A stretch of 63,100 nt of DNA from Thermodesulfobacteriota bacterium (GTDB lineage Bacteria; Desulfobacterota; Desulfobacteria; Desulfobacterales; C00003060), in the NCBI GenBank assembly GCA_034189385.1, contig JAXHVD010000025.1, positions 1 through 63,100 on the forward strand, given 5' to 3'. This document shows positions 37,873 through 50,638 of the stretch, piece by piece. The position numbers and the translations under genes are program-made. Positions within the stretch are counted from its first letter, which is position 1. The number at the start of each line of letters is the position of its first letter. The notes under the pieces are model-generated. The model saw only the letters and a program-made list of their open reading frames with translations. It ran no database searches and was not told the origin of the DNA.

Positions 37873-39114
37873 ATGAGACGGGTGGGATTTGTATCTACGC
37901 GCATTGCGGGCACAGACGGGGTGTCGCTGGAGACCTACAAGTGGTATCAGGTGCTGGAGCGAAACGGCCATGAATGCTTCTTCTTTGCTGGAGAACTGGA
38001 CACCCCAAAAGAGGCCTCATTCTTGGAGCCTAAAGCCCACTTTGAAGACCCCGACATTGCCCAGATTAACACCCGGTGTTTTGGCAAGACCACTCGGGCG
38101 ACGTCGCTTTCTGGCAAGATTGAAGAGCTAAAGAATCACCTCAAGTCAAGGCTCTATGAGTTTTGCCGGCAGTTCGATATTGGCCTCCTGATTCCGGAAA
38201 ATGCCTTGGCCATCCCCATGAATATCCCACTGGCCCTGGCCCTTACGGAATTGATCGCTGAAACAGGAATGCCCACAGTGGCCCATCACCACGATTTCAG
38301 CTGGGAACGGAAACGCTTTCTCATCAACGCCGTTCAAGATTATCTTCAAGGGGCCTTTCCTCCCAACCTTGGCCCCGTTCGTCATGTGGTCATCAACTCG
38401 GCGGCCTCGCGGCAATTAAGCTACCGTGCAGGCATCAGCAATATGGTGATTCCTAATGTCTTTGATTTTGCGAGCCCTCCACCACTGTCTCCCAACGGCA
38501 AATTGCTCCGGCAGGAGCTGGGCTTTGAAGATGATGAGCTATTCGTTCTTCAACCTACCAGGGTTGTCCCCCGCAAGTGGATTGAACGGGCCGTTGAGCT
38601 CGTAAGTCTCATGAAGTTGGAACGGCGCAGGCTTGTCGTTTCTCATGAATCGGGTGACGAGGGAGACCTTTATGGGCAAAGGGTCATAGAGTATGCTGAC
38701 CGTCTGGGTGTAGAGGTTGTATACGTTGGTGAGAAGATAGGCTCGTCTCGCTGTTTCAAAGCCAAATGTGATAGGCAGTATACTATTGACGATGCTTATC
38801 AAAACGCTGACCTAATAACCTACCCCTCCAGTTATGAAGGGTTTGGAAACGCCTTTTTGGAGGCCATCTACTTTAAGAAGCCGATTGTGGTCAATCGGTA
38901 CGCGATCTTCGTGGAAGACATTGAACCTTGCGGCTTTGAGGTCATTACATTTGAGTCATTTGTCACGCCTGAACTCATAGAAAGAATCAGAGAATATTTG
39001 GATCCGGCCAACCTGAAACGGATCGTAGAGAGAAACTACGAGTTGGGCAAGAGGTATTTCTCATACGAGGTGTTGGAGAGGAAACTCCTGCCCTTGGTGG
39101 AGTCTTTTCAATGA
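37873..39114 (+). CDS. GT4 glycosyltransferase
   Basis: STRIAGTDGVSLE, HHHDF.WER, LQPTRVVPRK and YPS.YEGFGNAFLEA motifs. Confidence 0.88.
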   Translation: MRRVGFVSTRIAGTDGVSLETYKWYQVLERNGHECFFFAGELDTPKEASFLEPKAHFEDPDIAQINTRCFGKTTRATSLSGKIEELKNHLKSRLYEFCRQFDIGLLIPENALAIPMNIPLALALTELIAETGMPTVAHHHDFSWERKRFLINAVQDYLQGAFPPNLGPVRHVVINSAASRQLSYRAGISNMVIPNVFDFASPPPLSPNGKLLRQELGFEDDELFVLQPTRVVPRKWIERAVELVSLMKLERRRLVVSHESGDEGDLYGQRVIEYADRLGVEVVYVGEKIGSSRCFKAKCDRQYTIDDAYQNADLITYPSSYEGFGNAFLEAIYFKKPIVVNRYAIFVEDIEPCGFEVITFESFVTPELIERIREYLDPANLKRIVERNYELGKRYFSYEVLERKLLPLVESFQ

Positions 39115-39124
39115 TGGACAGATA

Positions 39125-40459
39125 ATGGAAAGATTGCCTAGGAAGGCTGCTGCAAAAGGCTCCGGAGAGGGGCCAAAGGCGAGCACCAAAAAGCATGGAT
39201 CTGGGGCCGCACCTCTTGGGATAGGGATCTTGCACTACTCGTGCCCCCCTGTTGTGGGAGGTGTGGAAGAGATCGTCAGCCAGCAAGCCCATCATTTTGA
39301 CCGCCTGGGCCATTCCGTTTCTGTCTTGGCAGGCATGGGAGAGGTCTTTTCTGAGACTTTTCCCGTCCGCATCGAACCGATGTTGGGTTCCAAGGATAGT
39401 CAAATCCTTCAGACCATGGAAGAATGTAAAAGGGGGCGTCAGGGGGCCCTAGATGGACTCACAGGGACAATCTACGATATCCTTAAAGACTGGTCTGGCG
39501 ACCTTGATGTTGTCCTTGCCCACAACGTGTTGCATATGCCATTCAACCTTCCCCTCACCCTGGCCTTGCGGCGTCTGGCAGACTCAGCACAGGGCCCTGT
39601 GGTAGTCAGTTGGGCACACGATTCGCCCCATTTCCAATCGTCCTCCCCCAGGTATCTGGAGAACCCGCCGTGGCTGGTCCTTCAGCACCCCCATCGGAAC
39701 ATCCATTATGTGACTATTTCAGAATCTCGGATGAAGCTATTCAGCCAACATTGCGGGGATGTCCCTTGGAAGGTCATCCACAACGGCATTGATCCTGCGC
39801 GATTTTTCTATCTCGAGCCAAAAACGGTGAAATTGTGTCAGGAGCTTGACCTTTTTAGCCGTGATATGGTGGTGGTACAACCATCCAGGATCACGCCCCG
39901 GAAGAACCTTGAGCTCTCCATCCACATCATCCGCGGTATCAAGCTCTTGGGGTACAACGTCCTTTTTCTGTTAACAGGGGCCTACGACCCTCATGAGGAA
40001 CGGGCTTTGGCCTATTACCGAAGGCTCAGGTATTGGATAAATGAGCTTGAACTCCAGGATAACATTGCTATTCTGGCAGAATACAGATTTCGCGACAGAA
40101 AGAGACTCATTCCGGATCGGGTGTTCATTCGGGATCTCTACCTCACGGCTGATTTGCTTCTTATGACGAGCAAAGATGAGGGTTTTGGGTTGCCCCTGTT
40201 GGAAGCAGGGATGATCAAATTGCCCATTGCTTGCACAAAGATACCTCCTTTCACAGAGCTCGGGCGCGGTGTCTGCCTTTTTGGCCTTGATGAGCCGCCT
40301 CTGTGCATTGCCGGTCGCATCATGGAGTACCTTGGGCGCACCAGTACCCACAAGATGTTTCGCAATGTGATGCGTCATTATGTGTGGGATGTCATTTGCA
40401 GGGAAGAGGTCATGCCCTTCCTGCGCCATGTTGTGAGAAAGGGCAAAGAAGAGGGGTAG
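39125..40459 (+). CDS. GT4 glycosyltransferase
   Basis: LHYSCPPVVGGVE, WAHD, NGID, PSRITPRKNLE and EGFGLPLLEAG motifs. Confidence 0.88.
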   Translation: MERLPRKAAAKGSGEGPKASTKKHGSGAAPLGIGILHYSCPPVVGGVEEIVSQQAHHFDRLGHSVSVLAGMGEVFSETFPVRIEPMLGSKDSQILQTMEECKRGRQGALDGLTGTIYDILKDWSGDLDVVLAHNVLHMPFNLPLTLALRRLADSAQGPVVVSWAHDSPHFQSSSPRYLENPPWLVLQHPHRNIHYVTISESRMKLFSQHCGDVPWKVIHNGIDPARFFYLEPKTVKLCQELDLFSRDMVVVQPSRITPRKNLELSIHIIRGIKLLGYNVLFLLTGAYDPHEERALAYYRRLRYWINELELQDNIAILAEYRFRDRKRLIPDRVFIRDLYLTADLLLMTSKDEGFGLPLLEAGMIKLPIACTKIPPFTELGRGVCLFGLDEPPLCIAGRIMEYLGRTSTHKMFRNVMRHYVWDVICREEVMPFLRHVVRKGKEEG

Positions 40460-40471
40460 TGCCGGTCAAAT

Positions 40472-41236
40472 ATGAAAAGACCAAGAGATGAAGTCGTGTA
40501 TCCGAAAAGGGGGAAAGACGATCCCACCATGGGGCCCATGGCTATCATGGTTGCCATGGAGGAAGACCTGGCAGCTATTCGTCGGTTCTTGGGAATTGAC
40601 GGAAGACGAGCCTGGAAGACGCTGAGCAGCAGGGTGTACATGGGGGTGGGCGCCCATCAAGATATGGCGCTGGTGGGGCCCATGTGTGGCGCCCCATACG
40701 CGGTCATGGTTTTGGAGAAGCTGATAGCCCTGGGGGTAAAGAGGATGCTCTTTTTCGGATGGTGCGGATCGATCCAGCAGGACCTGCCCGTTGGGAGGGT
40801 TCTGGTCCCTGATCGTGCCATCAGTGAAGAGGGGACATCGGCCCATTATCCTGTTAGCAGCCCCCAGCCGAGACCCTCGGATCGCGTGCTGAGGGCGATT
40901 GAAGAAAGCCTTGTGGAATCCTCCGTCCCTTTCCAAAGAGGTGCTGTCTGGACAACCGATGCCCCCTACAGGGAAACAAGGGAGAAAGTGGTTTTGTTTC
41001 AGGGGCAAGGCGTGTTAGGGGTGGAGATGGAGGTGTCGGCACTTTTTACGGTAGCAGCTTTCCGGCAGATAGATATGGGGGCCCTTCTTATGGTCTCAGA
41101 TGATCTTAGCTCACTGCGATGGAAGCCCGGGTTTTCGAGCAGTGCCTTTAAGGAGGCACGCAGCACGGCGATACCCGTCCTCCCCGCCATATGTGGAAAG
41201 ATGACGGATTTCAAAGCCCGAAGAATGGGTCTCTAG
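40472..41236 (+). CDS. Nucleoside phosphorylase (PNP/UDP family)
   Basis: GAPYA..LEKL, GWCGS, EEGTSAHY, VWTTDAPYRET, VEME and VSDDL motifs. Confidence 0.88.
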   Translation: MKRPRDEVVYPKRGKDDPTMGPMAIMVAMEEDLAAIRRFLGIDGRRAWKTLSSRVYMGVGAHQDMALVGPMCGAPYAVMVLEKLIALGVKRMLFFGWCGSIQQDLPVGRVLVPDRAISEEGTSAHYPVSSPQPRPSDRVLRAIEESLVESSVPFQRGAVWTTDAPYRETREKVVLFQGQGVLGVEMEVSALFTVAAFRQIDMGALLMVSDDLSSLRWKPGFSSSAFKEARSTAIPVLPAICGKMTDFKARRMGL

Positions 41237-41264
41237 ATTCCCTTTGGCATGAACGCCTTGGTAA

Positions 41265-43280
<2,016 letters not shown>

Positions 43281-43287
43281 GAGAAAG

Positions 43288-43572
43288 GTGATGAAAAAGG
43301 TCAGAGCCCATGTCTGCATAGACGGACGCGTGCAGGGGGTGTGTTTCAGAATGGACACACGGCGCGCGGCCATAGAAAGAAACGTGACGGGATGGGTGAG
43401 GAATCTGCCCGATGGACGGGTAGAAGCGGTGTTTGAAGGAGATGATGCTGACGTAAGGTCTGCCGTACGGTGGTGCGAGACGGGCCCGCCCATTGCCCAC
43501 GTCACAACAGTAGATGTAGAATGGGAGTCTTACACCGGCGAGTTTGACAGCTTTCAGATTACCTTTGGCTAA
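43288..43572 (+). CDS. acyP: Acylphosphatase
   Basis: GRVQGVCFR and GWVRNLPDGRVE motifs. Confidence 0.93.
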   Translation: MMKKVRAHVCIDGRVQGVCFRMDTRRAAIERNVTGWVRNLPDGRVEAVFEGDDADVRSAVRWCETGPPIAHVTTVDVEWESYTGEFDSFQITFG

Positions 43573-43646
43573 AGCCAAACTGGTCCCCATCTGAAAAAGC
43601 TCTCTCCAGACGGGAACCAGTCAAAACCGAAACGGTCAGCCCATAC

Positions 43647-43919
43647 CTAGATGGCGTCCTTTAAGGCCTTACCCGGCTTGAATCTTACCGTGTTGGAAGC
43701 CTTGATCTTGATCGTTTCACCTGTCTGAGGATTTCTTCCCTTGCGGGCCTTGCGCCGTACTTTCGAGAAGGTCCCAAAGCCCACCAAGGTCACCTTGCCG
43801 TCCTTCTTTTTCAAAGCCTTCGTGGTGGTTTCAATGAAAGAGTTGAGTGCTGTTCCAGCAGCGGCCTTGGAAATGCCGGCATCCTTTGCCATTTTCTCCA
43901 CGATCTCTCCCTTTGTCAT
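43647..43919 (-). CDS. HU family DNA-binding protein
   Basis: VTLVGFGTF...RKARKGRNPQTGE...FKPGKALKD. Confidence 0.96.
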   Translation of the reverse strand: MTKGEIVEKMAKDAGISKAAAGTALNSFIETTTKALKKKDGKVTLVGFGTFSKVRRKARKGRNPQTGETIKIKASNTVRFKPGKALKDAI

Positions 43920-44116
43920 GCGAGCTTTCCCCCCTTAGTCTTAGGTTTGCGCCAATCTGTACATGGTACCACTTTGATGGTTCTCCCCCTTATATGGTTA
44001 TTTTTGAGATGTCAAGGCCATAATCTCATTTTTCTTCACAAACTCACGGCCCGCCCAGGTTTCCCGTCGCTGCTGGTCTTCGTCCCTTGTCATATAGGCT
44101 TTCCCGGACCTCCCTT

Positions 44117-45475
44117 TTACAAAATGCCACAGGTTTTCATCTTGGAAAGAAGTGTGGGATGAGTAATTCCAAGGAGTTTGGCTGCATGGGTGCGATTGTT
44201 GCTAGTCTCCCTCAGGGCCTTCTCGATCAGGGCTTTCTCCAGTGCCATGATATTGGGCTTTAGCTTGATCCCTTTTGTCGGCCAAATGGAGGCTGCAGAC
44301 CCGTTCTGACCCTTTATTTCGTCTGGCAGTTCACTCCTACCGATCTCCTGTTGTTCCGTTAGCACCATGGTCTTTTCGATCACATTCTCAAGTTCCCTTA
44401 CGTTTCCCGGCCAAGGGTAGTCCATGAGGGCCTGAAGGGCGTCAGGGCGAAATCCTTTTATCTCTCTATGTAAGCGCTTGTTAAACTTTTCGATGAAATG
44501 ACTGACCAGCAATGGAATGTCTTCCTTCCGGTCGCGCAACGCCGGCACCTCGATGAGCAGTACATTGATACGGTAAAAAAGGTCATCGCGAAAGGTACCC
44601 TCTTTGACCGATTCGGCCAAGTTCGCTGCTGTGGCTGCAATGATTCGTACATCCACCTTCACCGATTCCGTGCTTCCCAGGGGGCGCACCAGTTCGTCCT
44701 GCAGGACCCTGAGGAGCTTCACCTGCAGGGACAAGGGCAGTTCCCCAATCTCATCAAGAAAGAGCGTGCCGGCACTAGCCTCCTGAAAGAGGCCTCTCTT
44801 GTCTCTCACGGCATCGGTGAATGCCCCCTTTACATAGCCGAAGAGTTCGCTTTCCAGAAGATTTTCGGGTAAGCCACCACAATTGACAGCCACCATGGGA
44901 TTGTCTTTTCGCAGTCCATTGTAGTGAATGGCTTTTGCAATGAGCTCCTTACCTGTCCCGCTTTCGCCAGTGATCAGGACCGTTGTCTTGTAATCAGCGA
45001 CCTTACGTATCGCCTCGAAGATCTTGCCCATGGCCTGGCTCTTGGCTACCATGTTTTGAAACGAAAAGGTTTCTTGAACGGCACTCCGAAGCCGCAAGTT
45101 CTCCTCTCGCAATTGGTTACGTTCTTCAATCTGAGCCAGCTTTAGCAGGATTTCATCGGGCTTAAAGGGCTTAGACACATAATCGGCTGCACCCAGCTTC
45201 ATGGCTTCTACGGCCGTGTCGATGGAGCCATAGGCCGACATGACAATCGTAGTAATGTCGATGCCTCGGTCAGCTATGTGCCTTAAAAAGGCGAGCCCAT
45301 CCATCTCTGGCATGCGCACATCACAGAGAATGAGATCAAAGACGCTGTCCGCAAGCAGCGACAGGCCCTCTGCGCCGTTGGCCGCATCGGCAACTTCATA
45401 GCCGGCCCTCTTCAGGACCACGGTGAGCATGTGGCGCATATTCGGTTCATCATCGATGACGAGGATTCTTCTCAT
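44117..45475 (-). CDS. Sigma54-dependent response regulator (REC-AAA+-HTH)
   Basis: Receiver domain, GESGTGKE, ESELFG, GAFTDA, FLDEIGE, WPGNVRELEN, Fis-type HTH. Confidence 0.95.
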   Translation of the reverse strand: MRRILVIDDEPNMRHMLTVVLKRAGYEVADAANGAEGLSLLADSVFDLILCDVRMPEMDGLAFLRHIADRGIDITTIVMSAYGSIDTAVEAMKLGAADYVSKPFKPDEILLKLAQIEERNQLREENLRLRSAVQETFSFQNMVAKSQAMGKIFEAIRKVADYKTTVLITGESGTGKELIAKAIHYNGLRKDNPMVAVNCGGLPENLLESELFGYVKGAFTDAVRDKRGLFQEASAGTLFLDEIGELPLSLQVKLLRVLQDELVRPLGSTESVKVDVRIIAATAANLAESVKEGTFRDDLFYRINVLLIEVPALRDRKEDIPLLVSHFIEKFNKRLHREIKGFRPDALQALMDYPWPGNVRELENVIEKTMVLTEQQEIGRSELPDEIKGQNGSAASIWPTKGIKLKPNIMALEKALIEKALRETSNNRTHAAKLLGITHPTLLSKMKTCGIL

Positions 45476-45490
45476 GGCAACGCTTCAGGT

Positions 45491-46798
45491 TCAATGTCCC
45501 TCTTTGAAGAGGGCCTTCACAAAGGCATGGGCATCAAACTCTTGCAGGTCGTCAACCTGCTCGCCCAAACCGATATACTTCAGTGGGAGGGCCAGGGTGT
45601 CGGAGATACCCACCACAATTCCACCCTTTGCCGTGCCATCCAATTTGACGAGGGCGATGCCCGTGATTTCAATGGCTTCATGGAAGAGTTGGGCTTGGGA
45701 GATGGCGTTTTGCCCAGTCGTGGCGTCAAGGACAAGGAGGGTCTCGTGGGGAGCTTCAGGGAGTTGGCGTGCCACGGTCCGGCGAATCTTCTTGAGCTCT
45801 TCCATCAGATTCACTTTGGTATGAAGACGCCCTGCTGTGTCGATGAGAACAATATCCACGCCCCTTGACACGGCTGCCTGCATACCATCGTAGACGACAG
45901 CCGAGGGGTCTGCCTTTCCCTTGTGCCGGACCACGTCAGCGCCGACACGTTCTGCCCAGATCTCCAGTTGTTCAACAGCGGCAGCCCGGAAGGTGTCGGC
46001 TGCAATCAACAGGACCCGCTTCCCCTCTTTGACATAACGAGCGGCCAGCTTGCCGATAGTGGTTGTCTTACCTGTCCCGTTGACTCCTACCACCATGATG
46101 ACGTGAGGATTTCCGTGGGCTATAGGGTCTGGCCCTGGCACGACGTCCAAAATAGTGTGTATCTCGTTTTGAAGCGCCTGTTTTAGTTCCTCAGGCTTGC
46201 TCAGGTCTTTTCTTTCTACCTTCTTCCGGACCCTTTCGATCAAGGCCATCGTGGCCTGCACCCCAATATCTGACGTGATAAGTATCTCTTCAAGCTCTTC
46301 CAGAAGCTCGTCGTCGATTTCCTTTTTGCCCAGCAAGAGTTGATCCACACGGTTTACAAATCCCTTCCGCGTCTTGGAGAGACGGTGGGTGAGTCTTCGG
46401 AAAAACCCTTGTTTTTCTCCTTCGGCTTCAGGCTCTTCCTTGTCAGGGGCAAGGGCTTGTGGAGACTCCTCGGTTTCTTGCCTTGCCTCAGATGGCACAT
46501 CCTGCTCGGGAGCGGTCTCCTCGAGGTCCTTTCGCAGGGGCTCCTCGGTCTTTTCTCTTCTGAGCCTGGCGAAAAAGCTGCGTTTTGGTGTTTCCGTCCC
46601 TTCTTCTTCCGGGACAGAGACGTTTTCAATAGTGGTCCTCCCTTGGTCTTCCTCTTGAGGCACCTCTTGCGGCTTCTCCTGGGCCTCTGCGGCTCCTGGC
46701 CCTTCTTTACGCGAAAGATCCGAGTCCGAAGGACGGGGGATCTGCTCTTGCCCCTCCTCTTGTGTCTTCTTTTTTCTCTTAAACCATTTCAAAGCCAC
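45491..46798 (-). CDS. ftsY: SRP receptor FtsY
   Basis: Acidic N-terminal domain; GVNGTGKTTTIGK, DTFRAAA, DTAGRL and KLDGTAKGG motifs. Confidence 0.97.
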   Translation of the reverse strand: MALKWFKRKKKTQEEGQEQIPRPSDSDLSRKEGPGAAEAQEKPQEVPQEEDQGRTTIENVSVPEEEGTETPKRSFFARLRREKTEEPLRKDLEETAPEQDVPSEARQETEESPQALAPDKEEPEAEGEKQGFFRRLTHRLSKTRKGFVNRVDQLLLGKKEIDDELLEELEEILITSDIGVQATMALIERVRKKVERKDLSKPEELKQALQNEIHTILDVVPGPDPIAHGNPHVIMVVGVNGTGKTTTIGKLAARYVKEGKRVLLIAADTFRAAAVEQLEIWAERVGADVVRHKGKADPSAVVYDGMQAAVSRGVDIVLIDTAGRLHTKVNLMEELKKIRRTVARQLPEAPHETLLVLDATTGQNAISQAQLFHEAIEITGIALVKLDGTAKGGIVVGISDTLALPLKYIGLGEQVDDLQEFDAHAFVKALFKEGH

Positions 46799-47029
46799 GG
46801 CCCTATCCTATGCAAAGAACGTCCGGTATAGAACATGATTTGAACCGATTAAGCGAGCGCATTCTCCAAAGGAGAGCTACCGCAGCCCCCGTAGGTTCGG
46901 CCTGACGGCAGTGGTTCTGCCGTTGGCAGTGCTGGCGCGGCGCGGGCTGCGGGGTCTCCAAAAACCCTTAGCTGATTTCAGGTGGGAAACTTGACACGTC
47001 GCCCTTTCCCTTGAGCCAAAGCCGCCTTC

Positions 47030-50000
47030 CTACGACGCCTGAGCCACCTTTTCCTGAGAACGCTGGCACCCAGTTTCATCTCTGGCAAGGTTGAGGGAGA
47101 CAAGCTTGGAAACCCCTTTTTCCTCCATGGTGATTCCGAGGAGTTCGTCCGCCATTTCCATGGATTGTCTATTGTGCGTCACCATGATGACCTGCGATTC
47201 TTTTCCGATCTCTTGGAGAAGGTAGTTGAAGCGAGTGACATTTATTTCATCAAGGGGGGCATCAATCTCGTCGAGCACACAGAACGCCGTGGGCTTGATC
47301 AAGAAAAGAGAGAAGATGAGGGTGATGGCCGATAGGGCCTTTTCGCCACCGGAAAGAAGACTCATGCGTGTGAGCTTCTTGCCTGGAGGACGGACGAGGA
47401 AAGAGACACCTGACTCCAAAGGCCGTCTAGGATTGGTCAGAACCAGGTTTGCTGTTCCTCCTTCGAAGAGCCTGGGGAAAACCCCTTGCACTTTTTCATT
47501 AACGGCCTTAAAGGTTCTCATGAACTGTTTCAAGGAGACTCGGTTGATCCTTCTAATAACCCGATGAAGGGTCTCTATGGCACCTTCCAGATCGTCGCAC
47601 TGTTCGGTGAGGAGGCGATACCGTTCGCTGAGTGTCTCATATTCCTGAATGGCTGTCAGGTTCACGTCTCCTATCTTGGCAATTCGTTGCCTATATGCCG
47701 CCAAGGCATTTTCTGTTTCCTCTTCTGAAAAATCCTCGGCCCTGTGTTCCTCGGCCAACCCTTGGATGTTCTGATGATATCTTTCCTGAATCCAAGTAAC
47801 CAAATGATCCCTTCGCATGCGCCTTTCGGACTGCTTCAGTTCGACCTGCTGCATCTTCTGAAGGCTCTCTTGTCTTCTCGTTCTCACCTCGCAGAGGGCT
47901 TGATCGTTTTGTTGTAGCTTTCCTTCGATGGTCTGATATTCCCCCTCGCGTTGAGCCAGTTTCTCTTCCATCGCCTTGAGCTCAGCATACAAATCAGCCA
48001 TCTTCGCCCTATCTCTCACCAGGCGCTGCTCCGTGGCCCCCTTATCTTCTTCTGTTTCATAGAGACCTCGTTTCAGCTGGGCGAGTCTCTCCTGGCGGTC
48101 CCGTTGGAATTCGGTCAAACGCCGTAACGTATTCTCCGAGCTGTCGTATTCCGCCTGCAAAGAGGTCCCTTGAAGCTTGAGTTCCACCACCTTCTGATTG
48201 GCCGCTTCTGCCTTTTCCAAGACTTCTCTGATGTTGACATTCAACTGTTCTATGGTCGACTCATGGGCTTGAATCTCCCGTACAAGCTCGGCCAAGACAT
48301 CCTGATGCTTACTTAACTCCTGTTCTACATCTGTCTGCTCTCCCGCTATCTGCTGTGCCTCCAGGTGAAGGACTTCCAGGTGCCGACGTGCGTGTCTCAC
48401 GCTTTCCTGAAGACGGTAAAGCTCCTTTTCCAACTCAAGTTGCTGTCTGGTCTTTTCGGCTTGGGCCTGTCGTGCCTTCTGAACCTCTGTCTCCAGCGCC
48501 ACTGCTTCTTTTTCCAATTCCCTTTGCCTGTCTTCGGCGACCTCAACAGCCTTATCTAGTTTGGCGATCTGGGCGGCAAGCTCTTTCACTTCTTTCTTCT
48601 TGGCCAGGATGCCAGAGTCCCCGTTGCCACCACTTCCTCCCGTGAGTATGCCCTGAAGGCATACCCTGTCTCCTTGCCGCGTTACAATGGCCTGACGGGA
48701 GCCGTTTTTGTTCCACAACTGCAAGGCTGCTTCAAGGTTATCGGCAACGATCACATGGCCAATAAGGGATTGAGCCAAGTGCTCATATCCTTTCTGTATC
48801 TTGATGTGATCAACAAGAAGGTCGTGGCCCCCGGGCTGGGCATCGGGGGCTGAGTCTGCCAATGGCCTGATGGCCCCCATGGGAATAAACCCTGCGCGGC
48901 CTCCTGAGCCGCCCCGAAGGAAGTCGATGGCCGTCATGCCGCCCTCTTGGTCCTCTACAATAATGTATTGCAGGGTCTCACCGAGGGCTGCTTCTGCCGC
49001 TTCTTCATAGGAAGGCTCCGGTTCGATGACGTCGGCAACAAGGCCACGGATTCCACTCTCCTCGAGCTTTTGGGACTTCCATTGCCTCATGACAACACGG
49101 ACCCCTTTTCTGAACCATTCATAGCTCTCATCCATCTTCCTGAGGGCTCCGTAATGTGACCGAGCCTTTTGCCGTTCCACTTCCGCCATTTGAACCTTCC
49201 GTACCTGTTCGCTGAGAGCCTTCCGGTTTTCCTGCAAGCTTTTTTCGGAAGATGCAAGGGCCGCCCCTATGTCGTCTAGACCCTTTTTCAAGGCACCATG
49301 ATGATTCTGGGTCTTGCCCACCTCTGTGTTCAGTCTGATGAGTTCTTTTTCAGTCTCAGCCCTTTCCATCTTAAGTTGGTCCAACCGCCTGGACAGGTTC
49401 GACCTCTGCTTGGATGCATTACTTAAGGCATTTTCGTAGGTGGCCTTGCGGCTTGCCAGATTGACGAGCTCCCCTTTCTTGGTCTCAAGGTCTTTGTTCA
49501 GCCCCTCCAAGCGCTGTCTCATGGCCTCTTCGACGCCCACTTCTTGCCCCAAGGTTTCCTTGATCTTTTGGATGTCTAGCAGGAGACGGCCTTTTCGTTC
49601 CTCCAGACTGCTCGATTCTTCAACTATTTCGCGGTTTTTTTGCTCGATTTCTTCTGCCTCGGTCTTGAAGGCGTCAATGTCCCCGTCGAGCCGTTCCAAA
49701 TCCTTTGTGCTGTACTGGATATCGCCTTCCAGTCTGTCGATCACACGTTGCAGGTCATGGCTCTGGGCCTTTTCCTCAGAGATACGCCGGTATTTGGCTG
49801 TCCGTTCCTGTTTGACCTGTTCGATGGCAGCATCCAGCTTTGCCAATTCAGATTCATGCTTGAAATCCGTGTCCCGCAGAGATTCCAGGAGCGTCTCGGT
49901 TTCTACCATCTCGGCACTGATTGTCCTGAATTGGTGTGTTGCAAGGGAGATTTCCAGTTCTTCAATTCTGGCCTGATACGTTTTGTAACGCTCTGCCTTT

Positions 50001-50638
50001 TTGGCTTGGCGTTTCAGACTATTCATCTGGCGTTTCACTTCGGTGATCACATCATTGATGCGCAACAGATTGTGTTGGGTCCGCTGAATCTTGAGGAGGG
50101 CCTCTTTTTTCCGGCTCTTGTACCTTGTAATGCCTGCAGCTTCTTCGATGAAAAAGCGAAGTTCATCTGGACCGGCGTCAATGATGCTCGCGATCTTTCC
50201 CTGTTCAACCACTGCATAGGTCCTGGACCCCACGCCGGTTCCCATCAATAGATTCTGGATGTCCTTTAGCCTGCATGGCTGCTTGTTGATGAAATAGCCA
50301 CTTTCGCCAGAACGGAATAGCCTTCGGCTGACCATTATTTCAGAAAAGTGTCGATACTCTTCCGGTGCGTTGCCGTTGTCGTTTATGAGCGTGACAGCCA
50401 CCTCTGCCAGATTCACAGGACCCTTCCCTTCACTGCCTGAAAAGATAATATCCTCCATGGACTTGCCGCGGAGCTGTTTGACGCTTTGTTCTCCCATGAC
50501 CCAGCGAAGGGCATCGACGATATTGCTCTTGCCACAGCCGTTGGGGCCAACCACTGCGCAGATTCCTTCAGGAAACTGCACTTTCAGGCTATCTGGGAAA
50601 GATTTGAACCCGACAATCTCTAATTGTTTGATTTTCAT
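47030..50638 (-). CDS. smc: Chromosome segregation protein SMC
   Basis: GFKSF, GPNGCGKSN, coiled coils, hinge, LSGGEK and LDEIDAPLD motifs. Confidence 0.98.
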   Translation of the reverse strand: MKIKQLEIVGFKSFPDSLKVQFPEGICAVVGPNGCGKSNIVDALRWVMGEQSVKQLRGKSMEDIIFSGSEGKGPVNLAEVAVTLINDNGNAPEEYRHFSEIMVSRRLFRSGESGYFINKQPCRLKDIQNLLMGTGVGSRTYAVVEQGKIASIIDAGPDELRFFIEEAAGITRYKSRKKEALLKIQRTQHNLLRINDVITEVKRQMNSLKRQAKKAERYKTYQARIEELEISLATHQFRTISAEMVETETLLESLRDTDFKHESELAKLDAAIEQVKQERTAKYRRISEEKAQSHDLQRVIDRLEGDIQYSTKDLERLDGDIDAFKTEAEEIEQKNREIVEESSSLEERKGRLLLDIQKIKETLGQEVGVEEAMRQRLEGLNKDLETKKGELVNLASRKATYENALSNASKQRSNLSRRLDQLKMERAETEKELIRLNTEVGKTQNHHGALKKGLDDIGAALASSEKSLQENRKALSEQVRKVQMAEVERQKARSHYGALRKMDESYEWFRKGVRVVMRQWKSQKLEESGIRGLVADVIEPEPSYEEAAEAALGETLQYIIVEDQEGGMTAIDFLRGGSGGRAGFIPMGAIRPLADSAPDAQPGGHDLLVDHIKIQKGYEHLAQSLIGHVIVADNLEAALQLWNKNGSRQAIVTRQGDRVCLQGILTGGSGGNGDSGILAKKKEVKELAAQIAKLDKAVEVAEDRQRELEKEAVALETEVQKARQAQAEKTRQQLELEKELYRLQESVRHARRHLEVLHLEAQQIAGEQTDVEQELSKHQDVLAELVREIQAHESTIEQLNVNIREVLEKAEAANQKVVELKLQGTSLQAEYDSSENTLRRLTEFQRDRQERLAQLKRGLYETEEDKGATEQRLVRDRAKMADLYAELKAMEEKLAQREGEYQTIEGKLQQNDQALCEVRTRRQESLQKMQQVELKQSERRMRRDHLVTWIQERYHQNIQGLAEEHRAEDFSEEETENALAAYRQRIAKIGDVNLTAIQEYETLSERYRLLTEQCDDLEGAIETLHRVIRRINRVSLKQFMRTFKAVNEKVQGVFPRLFEGGTANLVLTNPRRPLESGVSFLVRPPGKKLTRMSLLSGGEKALSAITLIFSLFLIKPTAFCVLDEIDAPLDEINVTRFNYLLQEIGKESQVIMVTHNRQSMEMADELLGITMEEKGVSKLVSLNLARDETGCQRSQEKVAQAS

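Noticed and set aside
46871..46959. SRP (4.5S) RNA or tRNA-Sec next to ftsY
   Set aside because: Lacks the conserved SRP helix-8 motif and has no tRNA T-arm or cloverleaf.
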